From Felis catus (taxonomy: Eukaryota), in assembly GCF_018350175.1 (NCBI RefSeq), contig NC_058368.1, positions 35,280,001-35,344,000 of the forward strand: 64,000 nt of DNA, given 5' to 3'. Positions 25,011 to 39,037 of the stretch are shown piece by piece. The notes beneath the pieces were generated by a model. It saw nothing but the letters and a program-made list of their open reading frames with translations, had not been told where the DNA came from and made no database searches. A program made the translations under genes and the position numbers. Each line of letters begins with the position of its first letter. Position 1 is the first letter of the stretch.

Positions 25011-25351
25011 TTGGTTTTGATCATTCTTTTTACCAATCACAAAATACTATTCTCTTCAAGAACTGAAGAAAAAGGAAAAATATACTCTGAAATAAAGAGA
25101 TGCTGAAGTTGTGATGTATCTGCAGAATAAAGCCTGTTCAATTTTCTGCAGTATGATCCGACAGTGTAAGAAGTGAGCTGAAGATTGTTATTTATACACA
25201 TTGTTACATATAAGAAAAGACTACACAAAGTCCCCCTTCATCATTAAGTGTGGGGATCGTCTGATCAGTGTGTGTTATACTACTTATTATATTAAAATTT
25301 ATACTACTAATTATATACTAATAAAAAACATCTTATTTGATTATATGCTCT

Positions 25352-25353
<2 letters not shown>

Positions 25354-25395
<42 letters not shown>

Positions 25396-25402
25396 CGTGT
25401 GT
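25354..25402. repeat. (TG)n microsatellite
   Basis: Directly visible. Confidence 0.95.
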
Positions 25403-25467
25403 GATGCCAAAGAACACACTACTGATTTTTATGTGTGTTGATACAATGTATAGATCAAAACAAAATT

Positions 25468-25680
25468 GGGGCACCTGGGTGGCTCAGTCAGTTAAGCGTC
25501 CGACTTCCGCTCAGGTCATGATCTCGCAGTCCGTGAGTTCGAGCCCCACATCGGGCTCTGTGCTGACAGCTCAGAGCCTGGAGCCTGTTTCAGATTCTGT
25601 GTCTCCCTCTCTCTCTGACCCTCCCCTGTTCATGCTCTGTCTCTGTCTCAAAAATAAATAAACGTTAAAAAAATTTAAAA
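25468..25680 (+). mobile_element. Can-SINE (SINEC_Fc-type)
   Basis: GGGGCACCTGGGTGGCTCAG...GAGTTCGAGCCCC...AATAAATAAACGTT. Confidence 0.96.
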
Positions 25681-26079
25681 AAATTATATTGGGGCCTCTT
25701 TGCAAGTTCCAAGTTCATTTATCATTACCATACACTTGAAAACTAGTTAACCTTAACTGATGGACATCCTATCATCAAGCCTGTCTGTGTGAAGTTTCTA
25801 AAGCCCTAACAGCCAGAACTGTGTCTGTATGAAGCATAAAACTACTAACATTGTCAAAACTCCAGGCAGGATAAGCTGAGATCAAAACTGTTGAGATTGA
25901 CACCAATTGCAACTGAGTCAATGGAGTCAAATCTTCCAGCCTCTGAAAAGGTTAAATTGTGCCTAAGTCTATTATTTCTTGTCCCTGTTTTCATCAGCCC
26001 ATCCCACCAAATTCCTCAGGATTTTAGACTACCAAATATATATATACACATACATATTTGCATGTTAAGCTCTAACCTT

Positions 26080-27250
26080 TCACTCTTAACTAGTACTTTC
26101 CCATCAGCAAGAAAGTGGGCTGAATTTCTCTCCCATAAAATAAATATAAAAATGATAAATGTGAAATCCTCTATGGACCTCACATACCTTCTAGCAAACA
26201 CTGGATCTCTTTCCTCCCTTCACAATAAAACATCTCAAAAGACTTTCCTGTAGTTCCTGTCTACATTGCATTTTCTCCCAATCACTTCTAAAGCCAATGA
26301 ACTTCATGTGGTTAAGTCCAAGAGATATTTTTTAGTGATTATGTTATTAAGTACCTATTTCATATTTACCCTTGATGCTCACTCCCCTAATTTAGCTCAC
26401 TCACCTTTCCACATGTTTTGGGAACACACCCACTGCCCTAACCTTCCATAATTTTGGACTAAGTTCCCAATTTGGGCCATTCCTGCTCTGTCTCCATTAT
26501 ATGATCAAACTTGTTCACTAGATCTTCAAATTTTGGCTTGGTCAGGAATCATTGCTTTTTAAATATAATAATTCTCCTCCTCAGGCAATCTGATTCATGC
26601 CGATCACTTTATTACAAGAATTCCACCAATTTTTATCTGAAGCTCTAACCATTTCTTTTGAGCACCTAATTAACACCTCTACATGGATATTTAAATGGCA
26701 CCTCAGAATTATACCAAATTTATGATCTGCCACACCCACCCCACCCATCACCACTACCCCTAATTTCACTGTATTCTTATGCTGTCTATTTCATGGAACA
26801 GTAAAACCTTGTTAAGTTTCACAGACCATATTATTTAATCATCATTCATAATACACCCTAATTATTTCCTTAACCACCCAAGGCCCAATCTGCTGATTTT
26901 TGCCTCCCAGAAGGTATCCACTTCTTCCTACCTCTACCATATCTTGCCTGGTCTGCACCCTCCAATCTACTCTCCGTTTTGCAACCAGAATGATATTTTC
27001 GAAATGCAAGTTTGATCATGTCATCCTCTGCTAGAAACCGAAAAGGGTTTCCATTGGTTCACTAAGCGTCTTTTAAGTGTTCTAAAACACCATTCACATT
27101 CGTAAGCATTGCCCCTCTCTTCATTTCCTCTCCTACCATCTCTAGGGCCTATTAACCTTCCACACCTTAAAGAAGACAAGTTCCATCCTTCCAGAATATG
27201 TGCTGTCTCTCCCCCCAACTGAAGTGCTCATCACCAAGATATCTCATTGC
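26080..27250 (+). mobile_element. LINE-2 fossil
   Basis: Pyrimidine-rich L2 hallmarks such as CTACATGGATATTTAAATGGCACCTCA and CAACCAGAATGATATTTTCGAAATGCAAGTTTGATCATGTCATCCTCTGCT. Confidence 0.75.
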
Positions 27251-27449
27251 TATTATTTAATTCTTACTCAACTCTTACATCTTAGTGTATATACATATTC
27301 ACATAACACTTATGTTGACTTTTCAAATTCAACCTCCGGAAGCACAGACCAAGTCTTACAATACCGTCTCTTTCAGAGTAATTCTTACAGTTGTGATTTT
27401 AAATTGTAGCTACAACCCCTTTACTGCCTAAAATACATAATGAATGAAT

Positions 27450-27960
27450 TCATGAAGAATTAATCAATTAATATATACTAGGTACTGAGGTGGCAAGAGA
27501 GATTTTAAGATAAATAAACCTCAGTTCCTGCTTTCCTTGCTGATAAGAAAGAAACCTAGACAAATAATTAAAGGCATAATGCAGTGTGGCAAGTATTATA
27601 ATAAAGAAATGTACCATACAAGTTTGTGGGAAGATCCAATTAATTCTGTGTGGAAGGGACAGGGCAGGCAGGCTTCAAAGAAAAGCTGACATTTGTGCTG
27701 GACTTTGAAGGATGATCTGGAGTTTGTGAGGTGAAAACATTGAGACAAAGATATCCTAGGCAGAAAGAACATTATGAGCAAAGTCAAAAAGGTACTGACA
27801 TGCGTGTCAGGTACAAGGAACTTGGCATGGATGCTTCATTGTGTCTAGAACCTATGGTATATGAAGGGGTGTGATGCAAGATAAAACAAAGAGCTAGACT
27901 GGGATAAAACTTCCAAGGAGCTAAAATGCTTTTCAAAGAACTTTAGTCTACACTTTCTCT
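27450..27960 (-). mobile_element. LINE-2 3' fossil
   Basis: Antisense L2 motifs (CTAGGTACTG, GCTGGACTTTGAAGGATGA, GGCAGAAAGAACATTATGAGCAAAG). Confidence 0.7.
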
Positions 27961-29215
27961 GAACACAGTGGCATTCCCTCTCTTTCACTTTCAGGTTTGT
28001 CTTTTAGCTTGGGAGACTGAGTGGATTATATAAGAACTTACTGAGACAGTGGACACAGTAGAAGCCAACTGTGCTGTGGAGATGAGTGCCTTTTAGAGTA
28101 TACAATCTAACAGAACAGACATACTATCACATCCTACACTGTGGTAACAATACGCAGGAAAACCTTGCTTTTCTGAAGAGCTGAAGACAGAGCATCTTAA
28201 GGAGATCCAATCATTTGCTCGTGAAGTATTTTGATAACTCGGCTTAGAGTCTGGACTGATAACTAGGAATTGCAAACCTGGGAATCAACTACATGGAATT
28301 TTCATCCAACACAGGAATGTAGGAGGAGATATATACAATTGGGGGTTTGGAGAAAGACTGAAAAAGAGGGAGACATAGTGACTAGCATCAGAGAAGAGAC
28401 TGCCAGTGGATATTTGGAGGTAAAATATTTGTGATTACGTGTGGTACAGAACTTCTACTCAGTTTCTCTATAAAATGAATTCTACATTTCCCACTAATGC
28501 CTTTGGAAGTATTTTTTCTCTGGGGAGAATGCAAAGAAGTGACCAGTGGTGTTTCATACTTGATGCATGGAGAAATCAGAAGAGAACCATATATAGGTTT
28601 TAAGGCAATTTAAAAGCCTAAAAAATATAAAGCAGTACATAGAAGCACAGAAATTCAGTAGGATAAAGATCCTGTTTGAAATGTCCTAAAATGGAAGAGA
28701 ACATCCCAAGGAAAGGGATAAAGCATGAGCAAAAGCACAGAGACATAAAATGGTTAAGTTAACTGAGATGATTACAGGTATAAAGGGTAAATGAAACAGG
28801 GAAATACTGGAGAATGACTAAAATAATGATTACAGGCCAACATTTTCAAGTAAAAAATTGAGTCTATATTTAATTTTTTCCCAATGGTATTTAAGAGTGG
28901 ATTTATGCTACTTGCTATTTAGTTCTTTTAAATATTTTACTCTGAATATCTGCAAAAGGCATAAAGAATAAAACAATGATCACATATGAGGCAAACAAAT
29001 TCAGCAGTTCTCAACCACACTACTGTTGGAAAAAAAAAATGTTTTGAATGGGCTGAATCTCTTTAATATCACAACAAAGAAAATTTTTAAACCATGCAAA
29101 TAAGAAACCACTACGTATGTGGGATCACCATATCCTCCTCAATCGCACAACCTGATTATGTCCTGTAATGTCCCTATGAATAAAGGCATGTCCTTGATAA
29201 AAGTCAATGCTTAAT

Positions 29216-29428
29216 GGGGTGCCTAGGTGGCTCAGTCAGTTTAGTGTCCAACTCTGAATTTCAGCTCAGGTCACAATCTCATGGTTCGTAGGACAGAGTC
29301 GCACATGGGGCTCTGTGCTATGAAGCACAGAGACTGCTTGGAATTCTCTCTCTCTGCATCTCCCCTACTCACACCCATGGGTGTGCATGCTCACTTGCTC
29401 TCTCTCAAAAAAAAATAAATTTTTTAAA
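29216..29428 (+). mobile_element. Can-SINE
   Basis: GGGGTGCCTAGGTGGCTCAG head; TSD core GT(C/T)AATGCTTAAT on both sides. Confidence 0.92.
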
Positions 29429-31841
29429 TTGTTAATGCTTAATAACTGAAGTAAAGGTTCTGTCTCTTGGTTGAGGACTAATTTGTAGTAAGAGTACTCA
29501 AGAATAAAGATTTTCTCTCCCTTCACTCAGAGTTGTGGCTAATGCTGGCATATGCTTAAGATGACTTTCTTCTCAGGGTCAAAGTGCAGTCTCCTTCATG
29601 TTACAGGGTAGATGAGCAAATATGCATCACATATTCTGAAAAGCTCTCATAAAAGATAAAGACTAGTATCATTACTATTATACTTGAATAATTATTAAAA
29701 CAAAGGATTACCAACTATAGACGATGGCGCAATGAACTTTACATTTTCTTCCTCTGCATCTGTAATGAATTAAATATATTTTATATTTCAACAGATCAAT
29801 TGCCTATCCTCTAATTTACATTACTGTTCTCATAGAAAAGATGAAACATTTTACTCTTCTGGGCAAGGTGTGATGACACATTGAATGAGTACAGGGTTTT
29901 TATGCAAATTATTCACTGACACTAGCAGAACAGAAACACATCACTTAATATCAAAGTTAAATTAGCCAAAAAAATTCATTATTAAAAAATTTTTCTCAAT
30001 TTTAAATGTTATGGTTCTTTCCACACACAGCATATTTAAGGGAAAAGCACTGCTCCATCCACAATACTCTCAGAAAAATTTCTTTCACTCTTTTTCAAGA
30101 CATCAAGGAAAATTATATCAATTATTTATCTTTCTATGGCATGTTACAGGACTTCTTGGCTGCTCTACAACACTTTGGCAGTTCCAACATATTGAGTCTA
30201 CAGCCATCCAAAAATCCTTAGTGAAAGTGACTACTGACTGTGTAGGAGGGTTTCTCACACATTTCATCATGGACCTTCTCTAGCTCACACTAAGAGAAGT
30301 TAGCTTTTACAATCATTTTATTAACATTACTCAACCATGTTAAGGAAAATCGCTTTCAGAATGAATTTAGTCCAACCACACCAACCCTCTGGGAAATCAT
30401 TTAGTCAACCTGTCAGACAGGCTAATCATGGTTTGTTAAGTGCCAGTGGCCTTATTTAAAACCTGAATATACTGCAAACAAACCACACCCCCACTATTAA
30501 ACTTACCGATGGCATGAGACTGGCTAGCTCAAATACCTGGGAGATAAACGAGGAGTTCGCAGCTCACACCAACTCTAAATTTATCCCATGGTTCCAGCCA
30601 AACCACTGCAAAGACCACATGAAAAACTAATAATAAAACTTCTTGAATGATGACTGGTTATCCCTGCTATTTTTAAATTCTCTTTATAAACTTATTTTCA
30701 TGGTTATGTCAAGATTTATGACTTCCAACATAAAATATTTCTAAAGTTAAATGGTAGTGCCATGTTTGAGAAAAATGCTATGTAGCCCTGGTTCACAGTG
30801 AGGTTGCATCAGTTCAACAAATCTATCCAAGCACAAATCTAGATGTTTTGATGTGGTGCCCTATTTCTCAGTAGTAATATGTCAGTTCTCATTAGGTATA
30901 TAATAAAGTGTATTGCAAGACCTTTTAAGTCAGCAACCATTCTGACAAAACCTGATATCAGGATGAACAGCTGTTGCAAAGAAATGATTCTTAAGGAAAA
31001 TATAGATGTAATCAACCACTATTGAAAAAGAAGAAAAGCATTACAATATAAAAAAATTAGCAGACGTAAATTCTCGGTATTTGTGAGTAGCTGGTTAACT
31101 ATTCCCTCTCCACAAATATTAGCAAATCTCTGAGTGCAATCATCCATGCTCTAATAGTTGATGTTCCTCCAAACCCTCCACCCACAACCTTCTGTAATAA
31201 ATTTTTTCAGTCATTCAAAAACAGTAAAAATATTGACAGACATTTTATTTATCACGCTAAAAGCAAAATTGTGAAAAAAATAAATAAAAATTGAAACAGA
31301 GCCAGATGCAAAAGAATTCAACTGCTGAAACTTAATATCAGTTTTTTTAAAGCTTCCTATACTAATGCCCTTAACTCCTCATGTCTCCAAATATGTTTGA
31401 ATAAACATGCAAAAGACAGCTAGGCCACATAAAGTATTAGTGAAATCGTTCCACAAAAGAAAAAAGTAAAGCACTAAATGAGAATGAAAAGAGACAACAG
31501 GGAGACATTACAAATGATCTTCATAAAAACAACCGTGTTAATTAATCTTCAATGAATATCAACATTTGCAATTATTTTTAAATGCATGCAGGGCAAAAAC
31601 AACAGTTCAATCATAACTCTAAAAAAATACTTTTATGCAATTAATCCTTGAAAACTTTATGTTTTTCAAATGAAAACATACTTTCTTACATAATTTTTCA
31701 TTTATTCTCAAGGGACAGCCACACCTACTAGAACCAACCTCCTATTTATTCAGGAATATTTTTGAAAGCCTACTCTATGCAGAATCTATGCCAGGCACTC
31801 CTATCAAAAGAAATGTGAATAAGCTACCTTTACTGTATGGC

Positions 31842-32182
31842 TTTTTTTTTGTCAGAATTTTTTTAGTTTATTTATTTAAAATCAAGTTAGTTAACATACA
31901 GTGTAGTATTGGTTTCAGGACTAGAACCTAGTGATTCAACACTTACACACAATACCCAGTGTTCATCCCAACAACAAGTGCCCTCCATTTTAATGCTCAT
32001 CACCCATGTAGTCCATTCCCCTATCTATCTCCCCTCTAGCAACCCTGTTTGTTCTCTGTATTTGAGTCTCTTATAGTTTGCCTCCCCCTCTGTTATTTTT
32101 TTTTTAATTTCTGAGAGAGCACAAGTGAGAGAAGGGCAGAGAGAATGAGAGAGAAGAAAATCCCATAAGGGGCAAAGAGATA

Positions 32183-32230
<48 letters not shown>

Positions 32231-32583
32231 ATGAATCCCAAAGCAGGCTGGAGCTTACCCAAAGCAGGGCTCTAGCTCACCTAATGCAGGTCTCAAATTC
32301 ATAAACTGTAAGACCATGACCTGAGCCAAAGTCAGATGCTTAACCAACTGAGCCACCCAGGCATCCATCCCTCTCTGTTTTTATCTTATTTTTCCTTCCT
32401 GTCCCCTATGTTCATCTGTTGTGTTTCCTAAACTACACACGAGTGAAATCATATGACATTTGTCTTTCTCTGACTTATTTCGGTTAGCATAATACGCTCT
32501 AGTTCCATTCATGTTGTTGTGCAAATGACAAGATTTCATTCTTTTTGATCGCTGAGTAATATTCCATTGTATATATATATGTA

Positions 32584-32621
<38 letters not shown>

Positions 32622-32862
32622 TGTATACATACACATTTTCATTATCCATTCATCAATCAATGGACATTTGGGCTCTTTCCATGATTTAGCTATTGTTGAT
32701 AGTGTGGCTATAAACATTGGGGTGCATGGGCTCCTTTGAATCAGCATTTTTGTAACTTTTGGATAAATACTAGTGCAATTGCCAGGTCATGGATTAGTAC
32801 TATTTTTAATTCTGGTGCAGCCTCTCTGGAAAACAGTATGGAGATTCCTCAAAAATTAAAAA
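31842..32862 (-). mobile_element. Truncated carnivore L1 3' end with 5' inversion and nested SINE
   Basis: Minus-strand ORF2 end (CTPMFIATLSTIAKSWKEPKCP) and 3'UTR; 32812-32862 is the adjacent L1 segment in the opposite orientation. Confidence 0.88.
32096..32366 (-). mobile_element. Can-SINE nested in L1 3'UTR
   Basis: Reverse head TGAGCCACCCAGGCATCC, (GA)n tract, degenerate TSD CCCTCTGTT. Confidence 0.88.
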
Positions 32863-33134
32863 CATATCTTTTTTTTTAAGATTAGGTTTTGCATATTTAA
32901 TCGCTTGACGACAATTCAAAACACACTGATACATCAGTTGCTCGAAAGGTATGTAATGTATGGGTTTATTCATTGAGAATAAGAGGTCAGAAGACCACAG
33001 AAATATCCATATGGCACTAAGAATCAATACAGACTGAATGGATCTCAAGAAACAAGACAGCATAATCAGGAAGGGAAATGTTCTTCCCAGGTAGCAACAC
33101 CATGCTGGAAAGAGACAGAACAAAGTACTTCTAT

Positions 33135-33355
33135 TTTTTTTTTAATTTTTTAATGTTTATTCATCTTTGAGAGACACAGAGAGACAGAGCATGAGCAGGG
33201 AAGGGGCAGAAAGAGGGAGACACAGAATCCGAAGCAGGCTCCAGGCTCTGAGCTGTCATCACAGAGGCCGACATGGGGCTCGAACTCACGAACCGTGAGA
33301 TCATGACCTGAGCCAAAGTCAGAGCCTCAACCAACTGAGCCGCCCAGGCACCCCC
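33135..33355 (-). mobile_element. Can-SINE (SINEC_Fc-type)
   Basis: Reverse Can-SINE; TSD AAGTACTT(C/T)TAT-like. Confidence 0.95.
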
Positions 33356-33589
33356 AAGTACTTTTATAAATATGAAGATACTATCTTATTCTAGGAGAGA
33401 CAGCATACTTGTGGCTGTTTTATTTAATGTTCTTTTAGGCTTTTACTCCCTTTGTATATATGCTAAAATTAAAATAATAGAAAGCTGAATCAAACATAAA
33501 TCAATGGAGCATCATTACAGTCACTGAATAAAGTATTTGTGTTTCTTCAACAACCACTAATAACTCTTGAAAATCATTCCAATGAATAT

Positions 33590-33830
33590 GACTATTGAAA
33601 GTTGGAGGAGACTGATTCTCCTCACCCAGGAAAATTTCATCACCCCTCCTTTATATCCCATTCAAACTTCTCTCATAGCACCTAATACTTTATTGCACTT
33701 ATTTATAAATATGTCTCATTTCACATACCATGATCAGCTGGAGGATAATGACCTTGTCTTATACAACATGATACCCACAATGTAGGGCACGTAATAGGAT
33801 GTCCTAAATAAGAAACAGGAAATATGTACT
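33590..33830 (+). mobile_element. LINE-2 3' end fragment
   Basis: CTCTCATAGCACCTAATAC...GACCTTGTCTT...GGCACGTAATAGG. Confidence 0.55.
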
Positions 33831-33969
33831 TGAATTTGATTTTTAACTGATCAAAATCAGAAAAAGAAATAAAACCAAGAGTATTACTGGTAGTTTGCTT
33901 TGCAAAAAGAAAAGTTTGATTTTAAAATGTGGAGTGTTTTGTTAGCATTGCTATGGTTTTGTTGGCTAA

Positions 33970-34130
33970 TACTGCAAAGCCTATACCTTTAAATTCTGCT
34001 TATATAATTAGCCCTCAGCATGACACAGAACAAGTCATTCAACCTCTCTTCCCCTTAGTAGTGCAATTTATTCTAATTTACCTTACAGGAAGGTTGGGAG
34101 AAAACAGCTATAAAGCAAATTAGAATATAA
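33970..34130 (+). mobile_element. MIR fragment
   Basis: CAAGTCATTCAACCTCTCT...TACCTTACAGGAAGGTTGGGAG core. Confidence 0.55.
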
Positions 34131-34425
34131 AAGTCTATATAAAGATTAATGTAGAGGCCTATGACTTATAAAAAGTGATTATAATGAAATAAAATAATTC
34201 TGAATTCAACAGCAACTTATATCAGAAACAAAGCAGCTATAGAAACTTTTATCCTAACAGCATTATATCTGGATCAGAGTTGATATTCATTCTTGTAGTT
34301 CCTGAATATATTTTTAAAATTACATGTCTAATGTGCCTTGTGCTCTAATAATTAATATATCATAGAAGTTATAAAGCTTATTATTTATTGTAAAATCCAC
34401 AACTCTGAACAAAAACAATGAACAT

Positions 34426-35616
34426 ATAAATTTAACCAAGGAGGTGAAAGACCTGTACTCGGAGAACTATAAGACTGATGAAAGAAACTGAAGATGAAAC
34501 AAATAAATGGAAAGATATACCATGCTCATGGATTGGGAGAATTAATATTGTTAACATGTCATAATACCCAAAGCAATATACAAATTCAATTCAATCCCTG
34601 TCAAAATACGAATGGTGTTTTTCACAGAACTAGATGAAATAACACTAAAACTTCTATGGAACCACAAAAGACCCTGAACAGCAAAAGCTATCTTGAAAAA
34701 CAATAAAGCTGGAGGTATCACATCTCAGATTTCAAACTATACTTTAGTAATCAAATCAGTATGGTACCACCACAAAAACAGACACAAAGATCAATGGAAA
34801 AAAATAGCCCAGAAATAAAATCATGCCTTTATGGTCAATTAATCTACAATAAAGAATATACAATGGGGGAAAAGGCAGTCTCTTCAAGAAATGATGTTGG
34901 GAAAACTAGACAGCTACATACAAAAGAATAAAACTGAACCACTTTTTTACACCATATAGAAAAATAAATTCAAATGGCTAAAAAAAACCTACATGTAATA
35001 TCTGAAGCCACAAAACTCCTGAAAGAAAACAAGGGCAGTAAACTTTGGGACATCGGTGTTAACAATAAATGTATTTTTTTATCTGTCTCCTCAGGCAAGG
35101 GCAACAAGAGCAAAAATAAACAATGGGGACTACATCAAGCTAGAAAGCTTTTGCATCGTGAAGGAAACTGTTAACAAAACAGTAACGCACCTTACTGAAT
35201 GAGGGAAGATAGTTGCAAGTGATATATCCAGTAAAGGATTAATATCAAAAATAAAATGAGCAGAGGACTTGAATAGACATTATTCCAAAGATGACATAAA
35301 GATGGCCAACAGATACCAAAAAAAAAAGATATTTAACATCATTAATCATACAAGAAATGAAAAATCAAAACCACAATGAGATATTACCTCCCACATGTAA
35401 GATGAATGGCTAGTATCAAAAAGATAAGAAATAATAAGTGTTGAATGAGGATGTGAAGAAAAGGGAACCCTTGCGTACTTTTGGGAAAATAAATAGGTAC
35501 AGCCACTGTGAAAACACTGCGGAGGTTTCTCAAAAATTAAAAACTGAAATACCATATGATCTAGAAATTCTATCTCCTGGTATTTACTCAAAGAAAATGT
35601 AAACACAAATCCAAAA

Positions 35617-35656
<40 letters not shown>

Positions 35657-35759
35657 CTATGTTCACTACAGCATTACTTACAATAGCCAAGATATGGAAG
35701 CAATGTAAGTGTCCATCAATATAAGAACGTATAAAAGTGAGATGGTATATGTGTATGTG

Positions 35760-35809
<50 letters not shown>

Positions 35810-36245
35810 CACACAATTAAATATTACTCAGCCATAAAAAAGAATGAAATCTTGCCATTTGCAACAACATGGATAGGCTTAGAGGGTATTATGCTAAGTA
35901 AGTCAAACAAAGACAAATATCTTATAATTTCATTTATATTTGGAATTAAAAAAAAACAAAACAAAACACAGACTCATAAATACACACAACAAACGTGTTT
36001 ACCAGAGTTGAGCAGGTAGGTGGAAAAGGATTAAGAGGTACAAATGTATAAATTTATAAAATTTATAAATAAATCATGGGATGAAAAGTACATCATAGAG
36101 AACATAGCTAATACTGCAATAATTTTGGTGACAGACAGTAACGTGACTTATGGTGATCATTTCTTAATGTATATAAATGCCTAATCACTATATTGTACAC
36201 CTGAAACTAACATAATACTGTATGTCAGCTATACCTCAATAAAAA
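34426..36245 (+). mobile_element. 5'-truncated older L1 (L1MA / early carnivore type)
   Basis: Decayed ORF2 from [11 protein letters not shown] onward, colinear with the 3' part of the young L1 ORF2; 3'UTR ends ACCTGAAACTAA...CTCAATAAAAA; contains (TA)n 35619-35653 and (CA)n 35763-35804. Confidence 0.92.
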
Positions 36246-36353
36246 GGGGGAAAAAAGAAGATTTAAAACTCATATATTAAAAAAAAACTTTTCCCATGCT
36301 TTTTGTATCCCTCATAATATGTAGCAAAATGTATTGCACAGAGCAAATTAAAG

Positions 36354-36593
36354 TAGTAAAACCTTGGATTGTGAGTAACTTGTTCTGCAAGTGTTTCCAA
36401 GACGAGCAAACATTTCTAATAAATTTTAATTTGATAAATGAGCAATGTCTTGTAATACGAGTAGAATGTGATGCCAAATGTCACATTATCACACCTGAGC
36501 CAATGGTTCTTGAAATTCGCTTTGATACATAAGGGCTTTGGATTACAAGCATGTTTCCAGAACAAATTATGCTTGCAAACCAAAGTTTTACTG
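36354..36593. mobile_element. TcMar-Tigger-type MITE
   Basis: Terminal inverted repeats AGTAAAACCTTGGATTGTGAG ... CTTGCAAACCAAAGTTTTACTG followed by TA; about 240 bp. Confidence 0.85.
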
Positions 36594-36637
36594 TACTTGA
36601 TCTATTTCTCTTTAAAAAAGAAAAGTAAACAAAGTGG

Positions 36638-37686
36638 AGGCTTCTGGTTTCAGCTCCAATATGAGAAGTTGTCACTCCTATCATTACAACAACAACAACA
36701 AAATCTGGACAAACTGAAAATAATTTACCTCTCTTGGACCTATGAGAGAACTGAGGCCCTTGTCAAACTACCACTCTGAAGTCTGGAAAGACAGGCACTT
36801 GCAGAAAGATAACATCAAGCAAGATCTCTATACCCAGAGCAGAAGCCAGTAGAGCCATAAACTAATGGGAACACTTAAAAAGTAATTTTCAGCAAATTAC
36901 TGGAGGTTGTGTGGACTGCGGAGAGAGTGAAAATCTCCCGGTGTGCCCAGTCATAAGAGGGCATCCACACTTTTATGGAATCTACTTCCAGGAGCTCCAC
37001 CACATTCTCAAGGTGTGTAAAGGCTCTAGCAAGGGGAAAAGAAGCCCAATGCTGTAAATCATGCCTAGAACTTTCTCCATAAAAAATGTCTACTCTCCAG
37101 AGATGAGAAGTTTGCCAGAGCACAATCCTTAAATTTTCCACTTAAGAAAAAGGAATTCCTCCCTATTCCATCCCCTCAGCCCTCTAGTCTTAGTGAAAAG
37201 AGGAGAAAACATACTCAGTAAGGGAAAAGATTGAGAAGGCTCCATCTAGGGGAGAGAGTAAATGCTGGGGGAAGCAGAAGGATAGGGCTTGGAGGGAGTT
37301 ATACCACTGGAGAAACATTTGTGTAAGTCCGAGAGCCAAGAAACCAGCATAAGAAAGACTGATTCTATCAGTTTCAGCCTAGAGCAGGCAGAAGAAAAGA
37401 AATAATAAAAATTAAAGCAAAAATCAATGAAATTAAAAATAAGAAACCAACTGAGAATATCAGCAAAAGGAAAAGCTAGTTTTTTGAAAAGATCGCTAAA
37501 ATTGGCAAACCATTACTACCTATGCCAACCAAGAAAGTAGAGAGTAGACACAATTTACCAATATCAGAAATGAAAAAGGAATTTATATGGATAACAAAGT
37601 AACACTATGAACAAATCCAGGCCGCAGATTTTACTACTTAAATGCAATAGACCAGTTACCTAAAAGACATAAACTACCAAAACTCA

Positions 37687-37723
<37 letters not shown>

Positions 37724-38340
37724 ACCTGAATAGGCCTATATCTATTACAGAAATTAAATCAATCATCAATGACTTCCAAAAAAGAAAACATCAAACCCAG
37801 ATAGTTTCACTCATGAATTCTACCAAATATTTAATGAAGAAATAATATCAAGTCTCCACAGAAAACAGCAGAGTAAATACTCTCTAACTCACTTATTACT
37901 TAAATGTAAAAACAGATAAAATATTACAAGAAAAGAAAACTACAGACCAATATTTTTCATAACATAAAAAAAGCCCTCAAAAGCATATCAGCAAATCAAA
38001 CCCAACAATGTATAAAAAGAATTACATACCATGACCAAGTGGAATTCATTCCAGGTACAGAAAGCTGGCTTAACATTTGAGAATCAGTTGATGTAATCTA
38101 CCATACCAATAAGACAAAGAAGAAAAATCATAGTACCATATCAATTAAGGCAAGAAAAAACATTGCAAAATCTAATACTCTTTCATCATACAAATATTCA
38201 GCAAACTATAAATAGAGGGAAACTCTTTCAATGTGATATGGAGAATCTACAAAAATTCTGCAGATAATAGTTAATGGTAAGAAAACAGGACACTTCTCTC
38301 CTAAGATTGCCAACAAGGCAAGGATGTCCTCTCTCACTTC
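36638..38340 (+). mobile_element. Ancient L1 (L1M) 5' end joined to ORF2 fragment
   Basis: L1M-like 5' end GGCTTCTGGTTTCAGCTCC; ORF2 remnants from about 37370 (ENYRPI, HDQVEFIPG, RQGCPLS). Confidence 0.8.
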
Positions 38341-38344
38341 TATT

Positions 38345-38960
38345 GTATCTCATAATGATTTTAATTTGCATTTCTCTAATGTCATGTTAAACATGACCCT
38401 CATGTGTTTATTTGTCACTTAAATAACTTATTCGGGAAAGTGCCCCTCTTTTGCCTACTTCCAACTAGATTGTTTGTGGTGATTTTTTCTGTTTATTTTT
38501 GGTGGGTGTTTTTTTTAAATTTTTTTGAGTTTAGAGTTTAGCTTTTTAATTAGTATTCTGAATATAAGTTCTTTGCAAATATGGTTTGCACATATTTTGT
38601 CCCAGTTAGTGTATTGTATTTTCATTGTCTTAACGGTGTTTTTCACATAGCAAAGCTTATTAATTTTGATGAAGTTCAATTTATAATTTTTTAAATAGAT
38701 TGTGCCTTTTGTATCATGTCTAAGAACTTGTCACCTAACACCAAGTCATGGAGATTTTCTACTATATCCTCTTTTTAAAATTTTGTAGTTTTATCTTATA
38801 CAAATAGGTCATTATAATCCAGTTTGAGTTCAGTTTTGTATAATATCTGAGTACAGGTCAAGGTTCAGCTTTTTGGTCACTGATGTACAATTTTTTCCCA
38901 CCATTTGTTTAGAAGACTATCCTTCGTCTATGGAATTATTTTTGCAAGTTTGTCAAAGAA
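38345..38960 (-). mobile_element. Inverted ancient L1 ORF2 3' segment
   Basis: Antisense of the segment from TCTTTGACAAA to CATTAGAGAAATGCAAATTAAAATCATTATG. Confidence 0.8.
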
Positions 38961-39037
38961 CTGCAACTTCAGTCCTTAATAAGCTTTCAATTTAAAATCA
39001 CAAGTGCAAAGAAAGTTATTTTGTGGAAAACTGGAAC

